DNA from: Caballeronia sp.
Lineage (GTDB): Bacteria; Pseudomonadota; Gammaproteobacteria; Burkholderiales; Burkholderiaceae
DNA length: 53,780 bases
NCBI GenBank assembly: GCA_036009385.1
Contig: DASYLW010000003.1
Coordinates: 1-53,780 of the forward strand
Reading direction: 5' to 3'
The notes beneath the pieces were generated by a model. The model was not told the origin of the DNA and ran no database searches. It worked only from the letters and a program-made list of their open reading frames with translations. Positions 20,162 to 30,077 of the stretch are shown here, in pieces; positions within the stretch are counted from its first letter, which is position 1, and each line of letters begins with the position of its first letter. A program made the position numbers and the translations under genes.

Positions 20162-20468
20162 GACCGTCACCGAAAGCCGTTTCCCGAAACGGCGATCCTC
20201 GTTACGCCGGAACGCGGCTCGGTTCTCCTCGCTGCTCAGAACGCATCTGTCCGCCGGACCAGAAATCAGACGAATTGACGCCGAACGTTTTTGCAGTATC
20301 GAACCCACACGGGCTGTTCGCTGTTCCGACGTTTGCCCGTGAATACACAGTGTAGGCGTCACGCGGCCAAGTGTAAGCAATTTGACACGACCGAAACCCG
20401 CGGCGGATACTAAGTCGCTCTTCCAGCGACGTCCAAAGCACGACCACCTGCATTCGTCGGGGAGTACC

Positions 20469-22700
20469 GTGAAGCCAGACACGACCGGTTCAGCCTCCGG
20501 CGTTCGCACCAGCTCCCGCCTCTCCGGTCTGCTCGGCGACCTGACTGGCGGCGCAGTATCGACGCTCGTCATGCTCTGCTATGCAATGAGCCTGGGCACG
20601 ATGATCTTCAGTGCGGATCTTGCCCGTTATGCCGAACTGGGCGTGCCCACCGCGCTCGTCAGTTGCGTGGTGACCGCGCTGGTCATCGCGCTCATGAGTT
20701 CGATGCGCCTGAACATCGCGGGGCCCGACAGCAATGCGACAGCGTTTCTCGCGGGCGTCGCGGCAGGCGTCGCCAGCAGCGTGCGAGCGGACGGCGGATC
20801 GACGCAGACCGTCCTGTTGACCGTGCTGATGGCCATCGCGCTATGTTCAGTGGTGACGGGTATCATCCTTTACGCGATTGGTTCGTCGAGGCGCAGCCGC
20901 TCGTTGCAGTTCCTGCCCTATCCTGTTGTAGGCGGATTCCTGGCCGGCACGGGCTACCTGTTGCTGTCGGGCGCGTTTCGCGTACTGACCGGCGAGCCGC
21001 TGCACTGGCGCACGCTGGTGTTCCTGACGCATCTGCACTGGCTCGCCTGGATGCCTGCCGTGCTGGTTGGGGTGCTGATCACGGTCCTGATGCGCAGCTG
21101 GAAACACGCTGCCGCGCTGCCGCTTGTACTGGTGTTCGGTGTCGCGCTTTTCTACTTGCTGCTGCACATCGATGGCCTGTCGATCGATGACGCGCGCAAG
21201 ATGGGACTGTTACTTCCTCATGCGCGATTGCATTTGAGCCAGATTCCCGCGTTTCACCTGCCGGGACCGCTCGTGCATGGCAACGTTGATTGGGCGGCCA
21301 TCGGTGCGCACTTGCCGGAGACGCTCGTGGTCACGTCGGCGTCGGCGATCGCGATCCTGATGAACTCGACTGCGATCGGCGCGGCGACAGGCGAGGATGT
21401 CGACCTGAATCGCGAGATGCGGGCTGCGGGCATCGCCAACCTTGCAAGCGGGATGCTGGGTGGAATGGTCGGCTATCAATCGTTCAACCGGTCGATGCTC
21501 AACTCGCGCGCGGGCGCGACAAGCCGGATGGCCGGCGTGTTCGCGTCCCTCGCATGCCTGTTTCTGCTGGTCGTCTCGCCTGACTTCGTCGCGCTGTTTC
21601 CCGTGCCGGTGCTGGTCGGGCTTCAGCTCTTCATGGGGCTACGCCTGTTGATCCAGTGGCTGGTCGGTGCATACCGGAAGCTGAACTGGTACGAATATCT
21701 CCTTGTTCCGATCATTCTCGGCATCATCGCGCTCTATGGCGTTGTTACTGGCGTGGCGGCAGGCGTCGTCGCCGCGTGCGTGATGTTCGCGTTGCTCTAT
21801 GGCCGGGTCAGTTGCGTGCGCATGGAGTTCGATGCCAGCACCCGGACATCGACCGTCGAGAGAAGCATTGAGGATACCCAACGACTCCACGAACTCGGCA
21901 AGCAGGTATGCGGGATGTGCCTGCAAGGTTTCCTGTTCTTCGGCACGGCCAATTCGATCCTGCAGCGCGTGCGCGAACGGCTAGCCACGCGCGGTCCCGT
22001 GCCGGCCCGTTTTGTGGTTCTCGACTTCGCTGCCACCAACGGGATGGACGCGTCGGTATCGGTCAGTTTCGTTAAGCTCAGACAGCTTTGTGCAACGATC
22101 GACGCGGATTTGGTATTGACGGGATTGCCGCCGCGCTCGCGCGAGCTGCTTGTGAAAACCGGTACGCTCAATCTCCGGATACACGAGTTCGCGACCTTGG
22201 ATGCTGGGCTGGAATGGATCGAAGACAAGCTGCTTGCGCCGGGTGTCCTTGCCCCGCTTCAGGAAGAGGACGATTTCCGCGCAATGCTCGCGGCGCATTT
22301 CACGCCACACTCCCTGGAAAGGCTGTCTGCATGCATGGAGGTGCGCGATCTCAACGCCCGGCAGGCGCTGTTTCTTCGCGGCGAGCCGGGTGACGCCCTG
22401 TACATCGTCGAGCGCGGGCGTGTCGCCGTATCGCTCCCGCTTGCGGACGGACGATCGGTCCGGCTGCGCTCGTTCGGGCCCGGTACGGTCGTCGGCGAAA
22501 TGGCGGTGTACACGCAGAATCGGCGCAGCGCTGATGTGCTCGCCGAAGCGCCCACGCGTGTCCGGCGCCTGTCACTTCAGACGCTGCTTGCACTCGAGCA
22601 GGACGATCCCATAACCGCGCAGCAGTTTCATCGCTTTCTCGTCAAGACGATTGCTTCACGGCTTGCGGTCGCGAATGAAGCACTGCGTGCAGCCTATTGA
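20469..22700 (+). CDS. SulP/SLC26 anion transporter with STAS and C-terminal cyclic-nucleotide-binding domains
   Basis: IAGPD and PYPVVGGFLAG (SulP), LQGFLFFGTA and VVLDF (STAS), GEPGDALY...VVGEMA...RSADV (cNMP); GTG start after GGGGAG. Confidence 0.9.
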   Translation: MKPDTTGSASGVRTSSRLSGLLGDLTGGAVSTLVMLCYAMSLGTMIFSADLARYAELGVPTALVSCVVTALVIALMSSMRLNIAGPDSNATAFLAGVAAGVASSVRADGGSTQTVLLTVLMAIALCSVVTGIILYAIGSSRRSRSLQFLPYPVVGGFLAGTGYLLLSGAFRVLTGEPLHWRTLVFLTHLHWLAWMPAVLVGVLITVLMRSWKHAAALPLVLVFGVALFYLLLHIDGLSIDDARKMGLLLPHARLHLSQIPAFHLPGPLVHGNVDWAAIGAHLPETLVVTSASAIAILMNSTAIGAATGEDVDLNREMRAAGIANLASGMLGGMVGYQSFNRSMLNSRAGATSRMAGVFASLACLFLLVVSPDFVALFPVPVLVGLQLFMGLRLLIQWLVGAYRKLNWYEYLLVPIILGIIALYGVVTGVAAGVVAACVMFALLYGRVSCVRMEFDASTRTSTVERSIEDTQRLHELGKQVCGMCLQGFLFFGTANSILQRVRERLATRGPVPARFVVLDFAATNGMDASVSVSFVKLRQLCATIDADLVLTGLPPRSRELLVKTGTLNLRIHEFATLDAGLEWIEDKLLAPGVLAPLQEEDDFRAMLAAHFTPHSLERLSACMEVRDLNARQALFLRGEPGDALYIVERGRVAVSLPLADGRSVRLRSFGPGTVVGEMAVYTQNRRSADVLAEAPTRVRRLSLQTLLALEQDDPITAQQFHRFLVKTIASRLAVANEALRAAY

Positions 22701-23010
22701 CCAGCAAACCGGCATCCAGTGATTGTCGGCGCAAAGATCTCGGACATGCCGCGATGTCCCGCGAACTCGCATCGCTCGCCAGTGGAGTCAGAGTCGCGTT
22801 TACTCCAATACGCCCTTTTTACCGGTCTTTCTAAAGACCGATCTTTTTTCTAAACGAATAAGCTGCTGGACACTACAAATCTTTAAGAAATATGACAACT
22901 GCAATATCCAAATATTTTTTATTTTCCATTTGTTTTTTTATTCCTCATACCATATCTTATGCCTAGGCTTAGTATGCCTGCTGACCAGTCAAATCGCTTT
23001 TTCAGGAATG

Positions 23011-23033
23011 GGTATTTGCCGTCGGCAAATACC
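23011..23033. promoter_or_regulatory. Perfect 11-bp-arm palindrome upstream of rhlA (operator or 5'UTR hairpin)
   Basis: GGTATTTGCCG-T-CGGCAAATACC, 60 bp before the rhlA ATG. Confidence 0.55.
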
Positions 23034-23092
23034 TCGCGAAGCCGTGGACCAGAACAATAATAATTCATTTTCCGAGCATGTTCGGGGGTTTT

Positions 23093-24019
23093 ATGTCTAT
23101 CCGAAAGACCGTAGTCCGTTTGCCCAATTCACTTTATGTGCAGGCCGAGCAGCACGTCTCTGCGGAAGGACGAGACAACGTCATTCTGGTCAATGGTGCG
23201 CTGGCAACCACCGCTTCATTCGGTCAAACAATCAAGTATTTGAGCGAACGATATAATGTCGTCTGCTTCGACCTGCCTTACGCGGGCCAGTCCCGACAGC
23301 ACAATCCGCAAGAAATTACCTTGACCAAGGACGACGAGGTCGAAATTCTCCTGCACGTTATTCGATGGTTTCAGCCGAAATTCCTATATTCCGTCTCATG
23401 GGGCGGTCTGGCGTCCCTTCTCGCGTTATCACAGGAAAACACGAGCGTTGAACGTGCCGTGATCGGTTCATTCTCGCCGTTTCTCAATGACGCCATGGTC
23501 GATTATGTGACCCGTGCGCGCGATCATCTCAATGTTGGTGAGTACCTGCAAGCCGCCCATTTGCTTAACGATACAGTCGGAAAGCACTTGCCGCGCATCA
23601 TGAAACTCCTGAATTATCGCTATCTGACGAGCATACCCAAGGAACAACACGCTCAAGTCGCATTTCATGCCGAGCAGATCCTCGCACTCCGGCCGGAAAG
23701 TTATGTTGATAAGCTCGTGAATATAAAGAGCCGGATCAAGTTCGTGAATGGCGAACTCGATGAATACACGACCACCCAGGATATCCGGACACTCGCACGT
23801 TATGTCACGAACGTGCAATTTGTCAGCGTGCCGAATACCGGCCATTTCCTTGAACTCGAAGGGCGAACCCAAGCGGCGGCCATGCGCGACGAACTGCTCG
23901 ATTTCTTCCGCACTGGCCGGGTTGGCGAGCAGCCGCGCGCCGAGGCAACCGTTCTTCCGGCGTTTGCGCAAACGTTTGCGAGTTCAGATATGAACCTGGA
24001 TCTCGGGAGCGGAACATGA
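23093..24019 (+). CDS. rhlA: 3-(3-hydroxyalkanoyloxy)alkanoate synthase RhlA (alpha/beta hydrolase fold)
   Basis: Motifs LVNGALAT, FDLPYAGQSR, SVSWGG and GHFL; first gene of the rhl cluster. Confidence 0.92.
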   Translation: MSIRKTVVRLPNSLYVQAEQHVSAEGRDNVILVNGALATTASFGQTIKYLSERYNVVCFDLPYAGQSRQHNPQEITLTKDDEVEILLHVIRWFQPKFLYSVSWGGLASLLALSQENTSVERAVIGSFSPFLNDAMVDYVTRARDHLNVGEYLQAAHLLNDTVGKHLPRIMKLLNYRYLTSIPKEQHAQVAFHAEQILALRPESYVDKLVNIKSRIKFVNGELDEYTTTQDIRTLARYVTNVQFVSVPNTGHFLELEGRTQAAAMRDELLDFFRTGRVGEQPRAEATVLPAFAQTFASSDMNLDLGSGT

Positions 24020-24582
24020 CCATTTACCATTCGTTTGCCATCTTGTTACCCTGGGCCGCGTGGCTTGCTTACTGGACGAAAGCCTCGTCCTGGGCCAAGC
24101 AGACCGTCAAGCGGGAAGCGCGGCTTTCGCGTACGTTGCAGTCCATTCCGCTTATCGTGGGCTGCGTGCTCGTCGTCTGGCCGGACCCTTCGGCCTCCTG
24201 GAATAGCGCCGATGTCAGCTTTGATGTGCGGCAATGGCTCGGTCTTGCCGTAGTTGTCGCCGGGCTATTGTTTTCGGTTTGGGGACGCCGCCATCTCGGC
24301 TCCAACTGGAGCGTGTCGGTCACGCTGAAGGACGGACACGAACTCGTGCGCAGTGGGCCCTATGCCCTCGTCCGCCATCCGATTTATTCCGGTTGTCTGC
24401 TGGCCATAGCAGGTTCTGCGCTCGTCTGCGGAGAACCGCGCGGCATCATCGGCTTCGCGCTGATCTTCGCGTCGCTCGCATACAAGGTGCGGGTTGAAGA
24501 ACGATGGCTCTCGGACTACTTCGGAGACCCATATCGCACCTATCGCCGCGAAGTTCGCGCGCTCGTGCCTTGGCTGTATTGA
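24016..24582 (+). CDS. Isoprenylcysteine carboxyl methyltransferase-family membrane methyltransferase (RhlM-like)
   Basis: ICMT motifs LGSNWS, HELVRSGPYALVRHPIY and EERWL...FGDPY; ATGA-coupled to rhlA. Confidence 0.85.
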   Translation: MTIYHSFAILLPWAAWLAYWTKASSWAKQTVKREARLSRTLQSIPLIVGCVLVVWPDPSASWNSADVSFDVRQWLGLAVVVAGLLFSVWGRRHLGSNWSVSVTLKDGHELVRSGPYALVRHPIYSGCLLAIAGSALVCGEPRGIIGFALIFASLAYKVRVEERWLSDYFGDPYRTYRREVRALVPWLY

Positions 24583-24599
24583 GCGAGCGAGACATTCAA

Positions 24600-25862
24600 A
24601 TGACACAGATCATCATCACCGCGATCGGATCGGCGGGCGACGTCCATCCGTTCATCGGCATTGCGCGTACGCTGGCCCAGCACGGGCATCGCATCGTCTT
24701 TTGCACGCATCCTCAGTTTGCTGAACTGGCCGAAGACAATGGTTTTGTCTTCGTGCCGATCGGCACGTGGGACGAGTATGCGCAGGCCATGTTGAACCCT
24801 GCGCTGTGGGATCCGCGCACATCGTTCAAGACACTGTGGAACCTGATCGCGCCGTCCATTCGTCCGCACTTCAATGCACTCGCTGCGCTCACGACACCCG
24901 ACACCGTGCTTGTCGGCTCGCTCTGGGCATTCGCCGCGCGGCTCATGCAAGAAGTCCACGGCACGCCGTATGTATCTGTGCAGGTCTCGCCCTCCACCCT
25001 GCTCTCCGCGAGCGCGCCGCCAACGCATAAGCGCCTCACTGTGCCCATGTGGCTGCCGCGCGCCGTGCGGGCAAGGTGTCTTGCGCTTATCGAGACGAGC
25101 GTGCTTGACAAGGCCTGTGGTCCCGCACTAAACGACGTGCGGGCGGCGCTCGGATTGCCGCCGGCAACCCGCATCCTCGGCCAGTGGCTGCACTCGCCGG
25201 ACGGCGTGTTGTGCCTGTTTCCGGACTGGTTCGCCCAGCCTCAGCCGGACTGGCCGCGCAATCACTTCATGGCCGGCTTTCCGCTGTTCAACGATGTGTC
25301 GACGGCCGCTCTCGATGACGAATTAAAAGCGTTTATCGGTTCAGGAGCGCGGCCGGTCGTCTTCACGCCGGGCTCGACCCAGATCGACCAGCACGCGTAT
25401 CTCGACGCGGTCGATGAAGCCGTGGGCCGCACCGGGGTACGGGCAATCGTGCTCTCCCGCGGCGCGCGCGCCCGGTGGACTAAAGATTCAAACCTGACAG
25501 CCCGCGATTTTGTGCCAATGTCCACGCTGTTGCCGCACTGCGCGGCCATCGTTCATCACGGCGGCATAGGAACGGCTGCGCTCGCATTCGCCGCGGGTAT
25601 TCCACAAGTGGTTACGCCGTTTGCACACGATCAGTTCGACAACGCGCAGCGCGTGTCGAAAAGCGGTTGCGGACTGCGCATCGACGGTCCCGCGAGCGGC
25701 CGAGCACTCGCAGCGGCAATCAAGCACGTGACCAAGGACCCACAGATCGCGCGGAATTGCGCTCACGCGCGACGGCATCTCGACAGGTCTCCCAACGCGT
25801 GCGATATAGCGGCACGGTATATCGAAGACGTTGCGTGGCGCGGTGCCCAACGCGCGGCCTGA
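24600..25862 (+). CDS. rhlB: Rhamnosyltransferase I RhlB (GT1)
   Basis: Motifs AIGSAGDVHPF, FTPGS, HHGGIGT and PFAHDQFDNA. Confidence 0.92.
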   Translation: MTQIIITAIGSAGDVHPFIGIARTLAQHGHRIVFCTHPQFAELAEDNGFVFVPIGTWDEYAQAMLNPALWDPRTSFKTLWNLIAPSIRPHFNALAALTTPDTVLVGSLWAFAARLMQEVHGTPYVSVQVSPSTLLSASAPPTHKRLTVPMWLPRAVRARCLALIETSVLDKACGPALNDVRAALGLPPATRILGQWLHSPDGVLCLFPDWFAQPQPDWPRNHFMAGFPLFNDVSTAALDDELKAFIGSGARPVVFTPGSTQIDQHAYLDAVDEAVGRTGVRAIVLSRGARARWTKDSNLTARDFVPMSTLLPHCAAIVHHGGIGTAALAFAAGIPQVVTPFAHDQFDNAQRVSKSGCGLRIDGPASGRALAAAIKHVTKDPQIARNCAHARRHLDRSPNACDIAARYIEDVAWRGAQRAA

Positions 25863-25928
25863 GAGCGCGCCAAGCCTCGCATAAGGCCTTATACGCAGCC
25901 CTTCCCTACGTGAACAGCCCCGGCCTCC

Positions 25929-27497
25929 ATGAACACCTTGAGCAGCGATGTCCCTGAAAGCGCCGGACCCCGCGTAGCGCCGTTGCGCGGGGCGAGGCTG
26001 GCTTTTCTGAGCTTTGCACTGTCGCTCGCCACGTTTATCGAAGTGCTCGATTCGACCGTGACGAACGTTGCCGTGCCGTCCATTGCGGGGAGCCTCGCAG
26101 TCTCGAATGCTCAGGCGACCTGGGTGATCAGTTCGTATTCGGTGGCGGCAGCGATCGCCGTGCCGTTGACCGGCTGGCTGTCGCAGCGCTTCGGCGACGC
26201 CCGTCTGTTCGTCTGGTCCGTGCTGCTGTTCACGCTTACCTCATTGCTGTGCGGCATCGCGAGCAACCTGGAAATGCTGGTCCTGTGCCGCGCAATGCAA
26301 GGCCTTTGCTCGGGCCCCATGGTGCCGCTCTCCCAAGCCATCCTGTTGCGCTCCTTTCCGCCGGAGAAACGGGTATTTGCACTCGCGTTATGGGCCATGA
26401 CCGTGCTGCTCGCACCCATCTTCGGGCCGGTGCTGGGCGGTTGGATCATCGACCAGTTTTCCTGGCCCTGGATCTTCTTCATCAACCTCCCTATCGGACT
26501 GTTCGCGTTCGCCGCCTGCACGGCGCTCCTGCGGCGCGACCCGCCCAGCCTGAAACAACCACCCAAGGACCTCATCGGCATAGCGTTGCTCGTGGTCGGC
26601 GTCGGTGCGCTTCAGGGCGTTTTGGACCTTGGCCGCGAGCACGGCTGGTTCGACTCGCCGCTGATCATCACGCTCTCGATCATTGCCACGCTCGCGCTGT
26701 TGTCGCTGCTGATCTGGGAGTCCGCTGAGCCGTATCCCGTCATCGACCTCAGTCTCTTTCGCGATCGCGCGTTTTCATTCGGCGTCGGGGTCATCTCCCT
26801 CGGCATGGTCAGCTTCTCCGTCATCGGCGTGATCTTTCCGCTCTGGATGCAAACCGTGATGGGCTATACGGCCTTGCAGGCAGGCATGGCAGTCGCACCG
26901 CTGGGCATCCTCGCCCTCGTGTTCTCCCTGCTAATCGGCGTGTTCCTTGACCGGCTGGACGCGCGTTTCGTCACGTCGTTCGGATTTCTCGTGTTCTTCG
27001 CCGTGCTCTACTGGGACACACATTTCACGCTGACCATGTCGTTCTGGCAGATCGTCACGCCGACGTTCATTCAAGGCATCGGCCTGCCGTGCTTTTTCAT
27101 CCCGCTCAGCGCGGTGACCCTGTCGCGCATCTCCGATGAAAAACTCGCTGCAGCATCGGGCATGTCGAATTTTCTACGGACTTTGTCGGCAGCACTCGGC
27201 ACGGCATTAAGCGTCACGTGGTGGGATAACCGTGCCGCGCATCATTACGGCACGCTGGCGCAGTCGGTCACGCACGAGTCTCTCGGCACGGGGCAATTCG
27301 CCCGCGCCTTGCAGAACATGGGACTCGCGGGCGACCGCAATCTTGCCGCCATCCGCCAGGTCGTACAGCAGCAGGCATACATGATGGCAACCAACGATCT
27401 TTTCTACGTTGCAAGCCTTGTATGCCTGGCGCTGGCGGTATTGATATGGACTACCAGACCGTGGCGCGGCATATCGGCCGCGCGGGTCGGGCACTGA
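25929..27497 (+). CDS. DHA2/EmrB-family MFS efflux permease
   Basis: Motifs VLDSTVTNVA, APIFGPVLGGWI and WIFFINLP; multi-TM hydrophobic pattern. Confidence 0.92.
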   Translation: MNTLSSDVPESAGPRVAPLRGARLAFLSFALSLATFIEVLDSTVTNVAVPSIAGSLAVSNAQATWVISSYSVAAAIAVPLTGWLSQRFGDARLFVWSVLLFTLTSLLCGIASNLEMLVLCRAMQGLCSGPMVPLSQAILLRSFPPEKRVFALALWAMTVLLAPIFGPVLGGWIIDQFSWPWIFFINLPIGLFAFAACTALLRRDPPSLKQPPKDLIGIALLVVGVGALQGVLDLGREHGWFDSPLIITLSIIATLALLSLLIWESAEPYPVIDLSLFRDRAFSFGVGVISLGMVSFSVIGVIFPLWMQTVMGYTALQAGMAVAPLGILALVFSLLIGVFLDRLDARFVTSFGFLVFFAVLYWDTHFTLTMSFWQIVTPTFIQGIGLPCFFIPLSAVTLSRISDEKLAAASGMSNFLRTLSAALGTALSVTWWDNRAAHHYGTLAQSVTHESLGTGQFARALQNMGLAGDRNLAAIRQVVQQQAYMMATNDLFYVASLVCLALAVLIWTTRPWRGISAARVGH

Positions 27498-27507
27498 GGC
27501 GTTTCCC

Positions 27508-28500
27508 ATGTCCGCAACCAACGTCATTCTTTTCAAAGCCGATAGCGTGAACAGTAAAGCGGCCCGTGAAGCGCCCGCGCTTGGCGCGCTGGTGGTGCTT
27601 TATAAACCGACGGCCGGGCAGTTGCGCAACCTGATTGACCTGCGCGCACGGTGCGGCGTGTTGCTTGCCGTCGACAACTCGCCGGCCGCCAACACCGTCA
27701 ACGTCGGTCTACTTGGCGATCACGGCATCGACTATGAGTTCAACGGCAATCGCGGCGGGATTGCGGGGGCCTATAACCGCGGGCTGGCGCGACTGTTCGC
27801 GCAAGGTCTCGATGCAGTTGTACTGTTCGATCAGGACTCGCACACGAGCGCCGATTATTTTCCGGTGATGCGTGCCTCGTGCGCCGCGCTCGGCGCACGT
27901 GCCTTCGCCATCGGTCCAAGAATCTACGACGAGAACGTCCGGCGCTTCCTGCCGCAGCTCTACAGCAATGGCTTTTACGTGCGCACGCTGATCTTCCCTG
28001 AAGGCGCTGCCTTGCAGCCCTGCTCGTTCCTTATATCGTCGGGTTCTGTCATCTCGCGGCTCGCTTATGAACGACTAGGATCCTTCACCGAGGCCCTCTT
28101 CATCGATCATGTGGACACCGACTATTCGATGCGCGCGCTGGTGCGCGGCGTGCAGTTTTATGTCGAATCGAGGCTCGTGCTCTCGCATCGGATTGGCAAC
28201 AAGCGGGAACATCGGCTGGGACCACTGCGCATCACGTCGATGAATCACCCGCCCATGCGCCGGTACTACATGGCGCGCAATGGCATGCACCTGAGCCTTA
28301 AGTATTTTCAATCCTTTCCGGTCGCCCTCGTGCCTAATTTCATTACGCTCCTGCAGGTCTTGCAGATCTCGCTGTTCGAGTCGGACAAACGCGCGAAGCT
28401 ATCGAGTGTCGGCTGCGGTCTGATCGACGGGCTGCTGGGACGACTCGGCCCGCTGGAAACTACGCGGCCGCGCCTCGCCGCACGCATCGCGCGCGGCTAA
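27508..28500 (+). CDS. rhlC: Rhamnosyltransferase II RhlC (GT2)
   Basis: Motifs VDNSP, NRGGIAGAYN, LFDQDS, LISSG, FIDHVD and RRYYMARN. Confidence 0.9.
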   Translation: MSATNVILFKADSVNSKAAREAPALGALVVLYKPTAGQLRNLIDLRARCGVLLAVDNSPAANTVNVGLLGDHGIDYEFNGNRGGIAGAYNRGLARLFAQGLDAVVLFDQDSHTSADYFPVMRASCAALGARAFAIGPRIYDENVRRFLPQLYSNGFYVRTLIFPEGAALQPCSFLISSGSVISRLAYERLGSFTEALFIDHVDTDYSMRALVRGVQFYVESRLVLSHRIGNKREHRLGPLRITSMNHPPMRRYYMARNGMHLSLKYFQSFPVALVPNFITLLQVLQISLFESDKRAKLSSVGCGLIDGLLGRLGPLETTRPRLAARIARG

Positions 28501-28502
28501 GG

Positions 28503-30074
28503 ATGAGGATGAGGGTCAACGCTATTCACTTCGCGCGGGTTTGCAAACCCATCGGCGTGGTTGCGCTCGGTTCGCTCATCGCTCTATCGAGCGGTTGTGC
28601 GGACACGACACCACGTAACGAGCTCGCCATGCGTTCGCCGCCGGCCGAACTGCTTCCGCCCGCAGCAGCGGACGCCAACGGCTCATGGCCACAAGCTGAC
28701 TGGGTTGCATCGTTGCACGACAGTCAACTGGATACGCTCGTCGCTGAAGCGTGCTCGGACAATCCCGACATCCACATAGCAAGCGCGCGGATCGCGCAGG
28801 CCCAGTCCCAACTGGACCAGTTCGGTGCGAGCGAGGGTCTGACAGGCACGGCCATGCTATCCGCCTACAAAGCCCGCATGCCGGAAATCAACGGAGCGGC
28901 AAGCGTCGATGTGCAGGGCACCACCGTCCCGATCAACCTCTTCAGCGATCCTTGGGTGTCGCCTGGGAGCGCGATCGTCGGTGCGAACTATGAGCTCGAT
29001 TTGTGGGGAAAGAACGAAGCGCTCACACGTTCGCTTCTGTCTTCGCGCGACGCCGCACGCGTCAACGCGCAACAGGCCCAACTCACGATCGTGACGTCGC
29101 TGGTCACGTTGTATGGACGGCTGGCTGGAGACTATGAACGCCGCGATCTCATCGACGCGAAGCGTCGCGTAGCGGGTCAACTCGACGCTATCCGGCGCGA
29201 GCGCCAGACGAGAGGCATGGACAACACCTACGACATCCAGGCTACGCGCATAGAGCAGGCCATGTTGCAGGCGCAAGCGCAGCAGATCGACGATGCAATC
29301 AGGCAGACGCAATTGCAGATCGGCATCCTGGTTGGCGCAGGTCCGCAACGGGGTCTAGCCTTGCAGCGGCCAACGCTGGCGAGCGCCAACGAAGAAGCCG
29401 CCCTGCCGCCGAACCTGCCGCTCGACCTGCTGGGACGCCGCCCGGATATAGTCGCCGCCCGGCTACGTGTTGAAGCTGCGACGGCGAAGATCGCTGTGAC
29501 ACGTGCGTCCTTTTATCCGAACATCAATCTGTCGGCGGCGGGCGGATTGTCGTCGCTATCTATCGGTTCACTGTTCTCCAGCGCATCGGCATTCTTTGCA
29601 CTAGGACCCGCCGTCACCCTGCCGATCTTCGAGCGTGGCCGCCTGCATGCCCAGCTCGACGGCGACTATGCGCAAGCAGACGAAATGATCGCGCTCTACA
29701 ACCGCACACTCAATGAAGCGCTGACCGACGTCGCCCGGTCCATCCTGGCAACACGCAGCACTGCCGCACTTATTGCAGAGCAGCAGGAAGTCGTGAGCGC
29801 GCGTGAGCACCTGGCGTCAGTCGCTGCGGACCAGCATCGTCGCGGCCTTGTGCGCCAGACCGACGTGCTCCAGCAACAGAACGCACTGTTCGACGAACGG
29901 CTTCGTCTCATCGACCTCACGACACGCCGGCGCGACGCAAAAGTCGCGCTGATCCGCTCATTGGGTGGTGGCTTCGAAGCGATGCCCGCGCGACAAACCA
30001 AGTCTTCGTCGACCGATTCCGCCGGCCGGACATCCCGAGAAAGCTCGCCTCCCATCCCTCCTTCGTCCAGCTAA
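28503..30074 (+). CDS. NodT/TolC-family outer membrane efflux lipoprotein
   Basis: Lipobox-like SSGC, YELDLWG, LLGRRPDI and LGGG. Confidence 0.9.
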   Translation: MRMRVNAIHFARVCKPIGVVALGSLIALSSGCADTTPRNELAMRSPPAELLPPAAADANGSWPQADWVASLHDSQLDTLVAEACSDNPDIHIASARIAQAQSQLDQFGASEGLTGTAMLSAYKARMPEINGAASVDVQGTTVPINLFSDPWVSPGSAIVGANYELDLWGKNEALTRSLLSSRDAARVNAQQAQLTIVTSLVTLYGRLAGDYERRDLIDAKRRVAGQLDAIRRERQTRGMDNTYDIQATRIEQAMLQAQAQQIDDAIRQTQLQIGILVGAGPQRGLALQRPTLASANEEAALPPNLPLDLLGRRPDIVAARLRVEAATAKIAVTRASFYPNINLSAAGGLSSLSIGSLFSSASAFFALGPAVTLPIFERGRLHAQLDGDYAQADEMIALYNRTLNEALTDVARSILATRSTAALIAEQQEVVSAREHLASVAADQHRRGLVRQTDVLQQQNALFDERLRLIDLTTRRRDAKVALIRSLGGGFEAMPARQTKSSSTDSAGRTSRESSPPIPPSSS

Positions 30075-30077
30075 CGC

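Noticed and set aside
20162-20572. Apparent head-to-head overlap of the 1231-aa and 772-aa ORFs
   Set aside because: Artefact of longest-ORF calling; domain boundaries and RBS place the starts at 20161 and 20469.
22723-23256. 177-aa ORF upstream of rhlA
   Set aside because: Spans the AT-rich promoter region, has low-complexity F/I/Y content, and overlaps rhlA out of frame.
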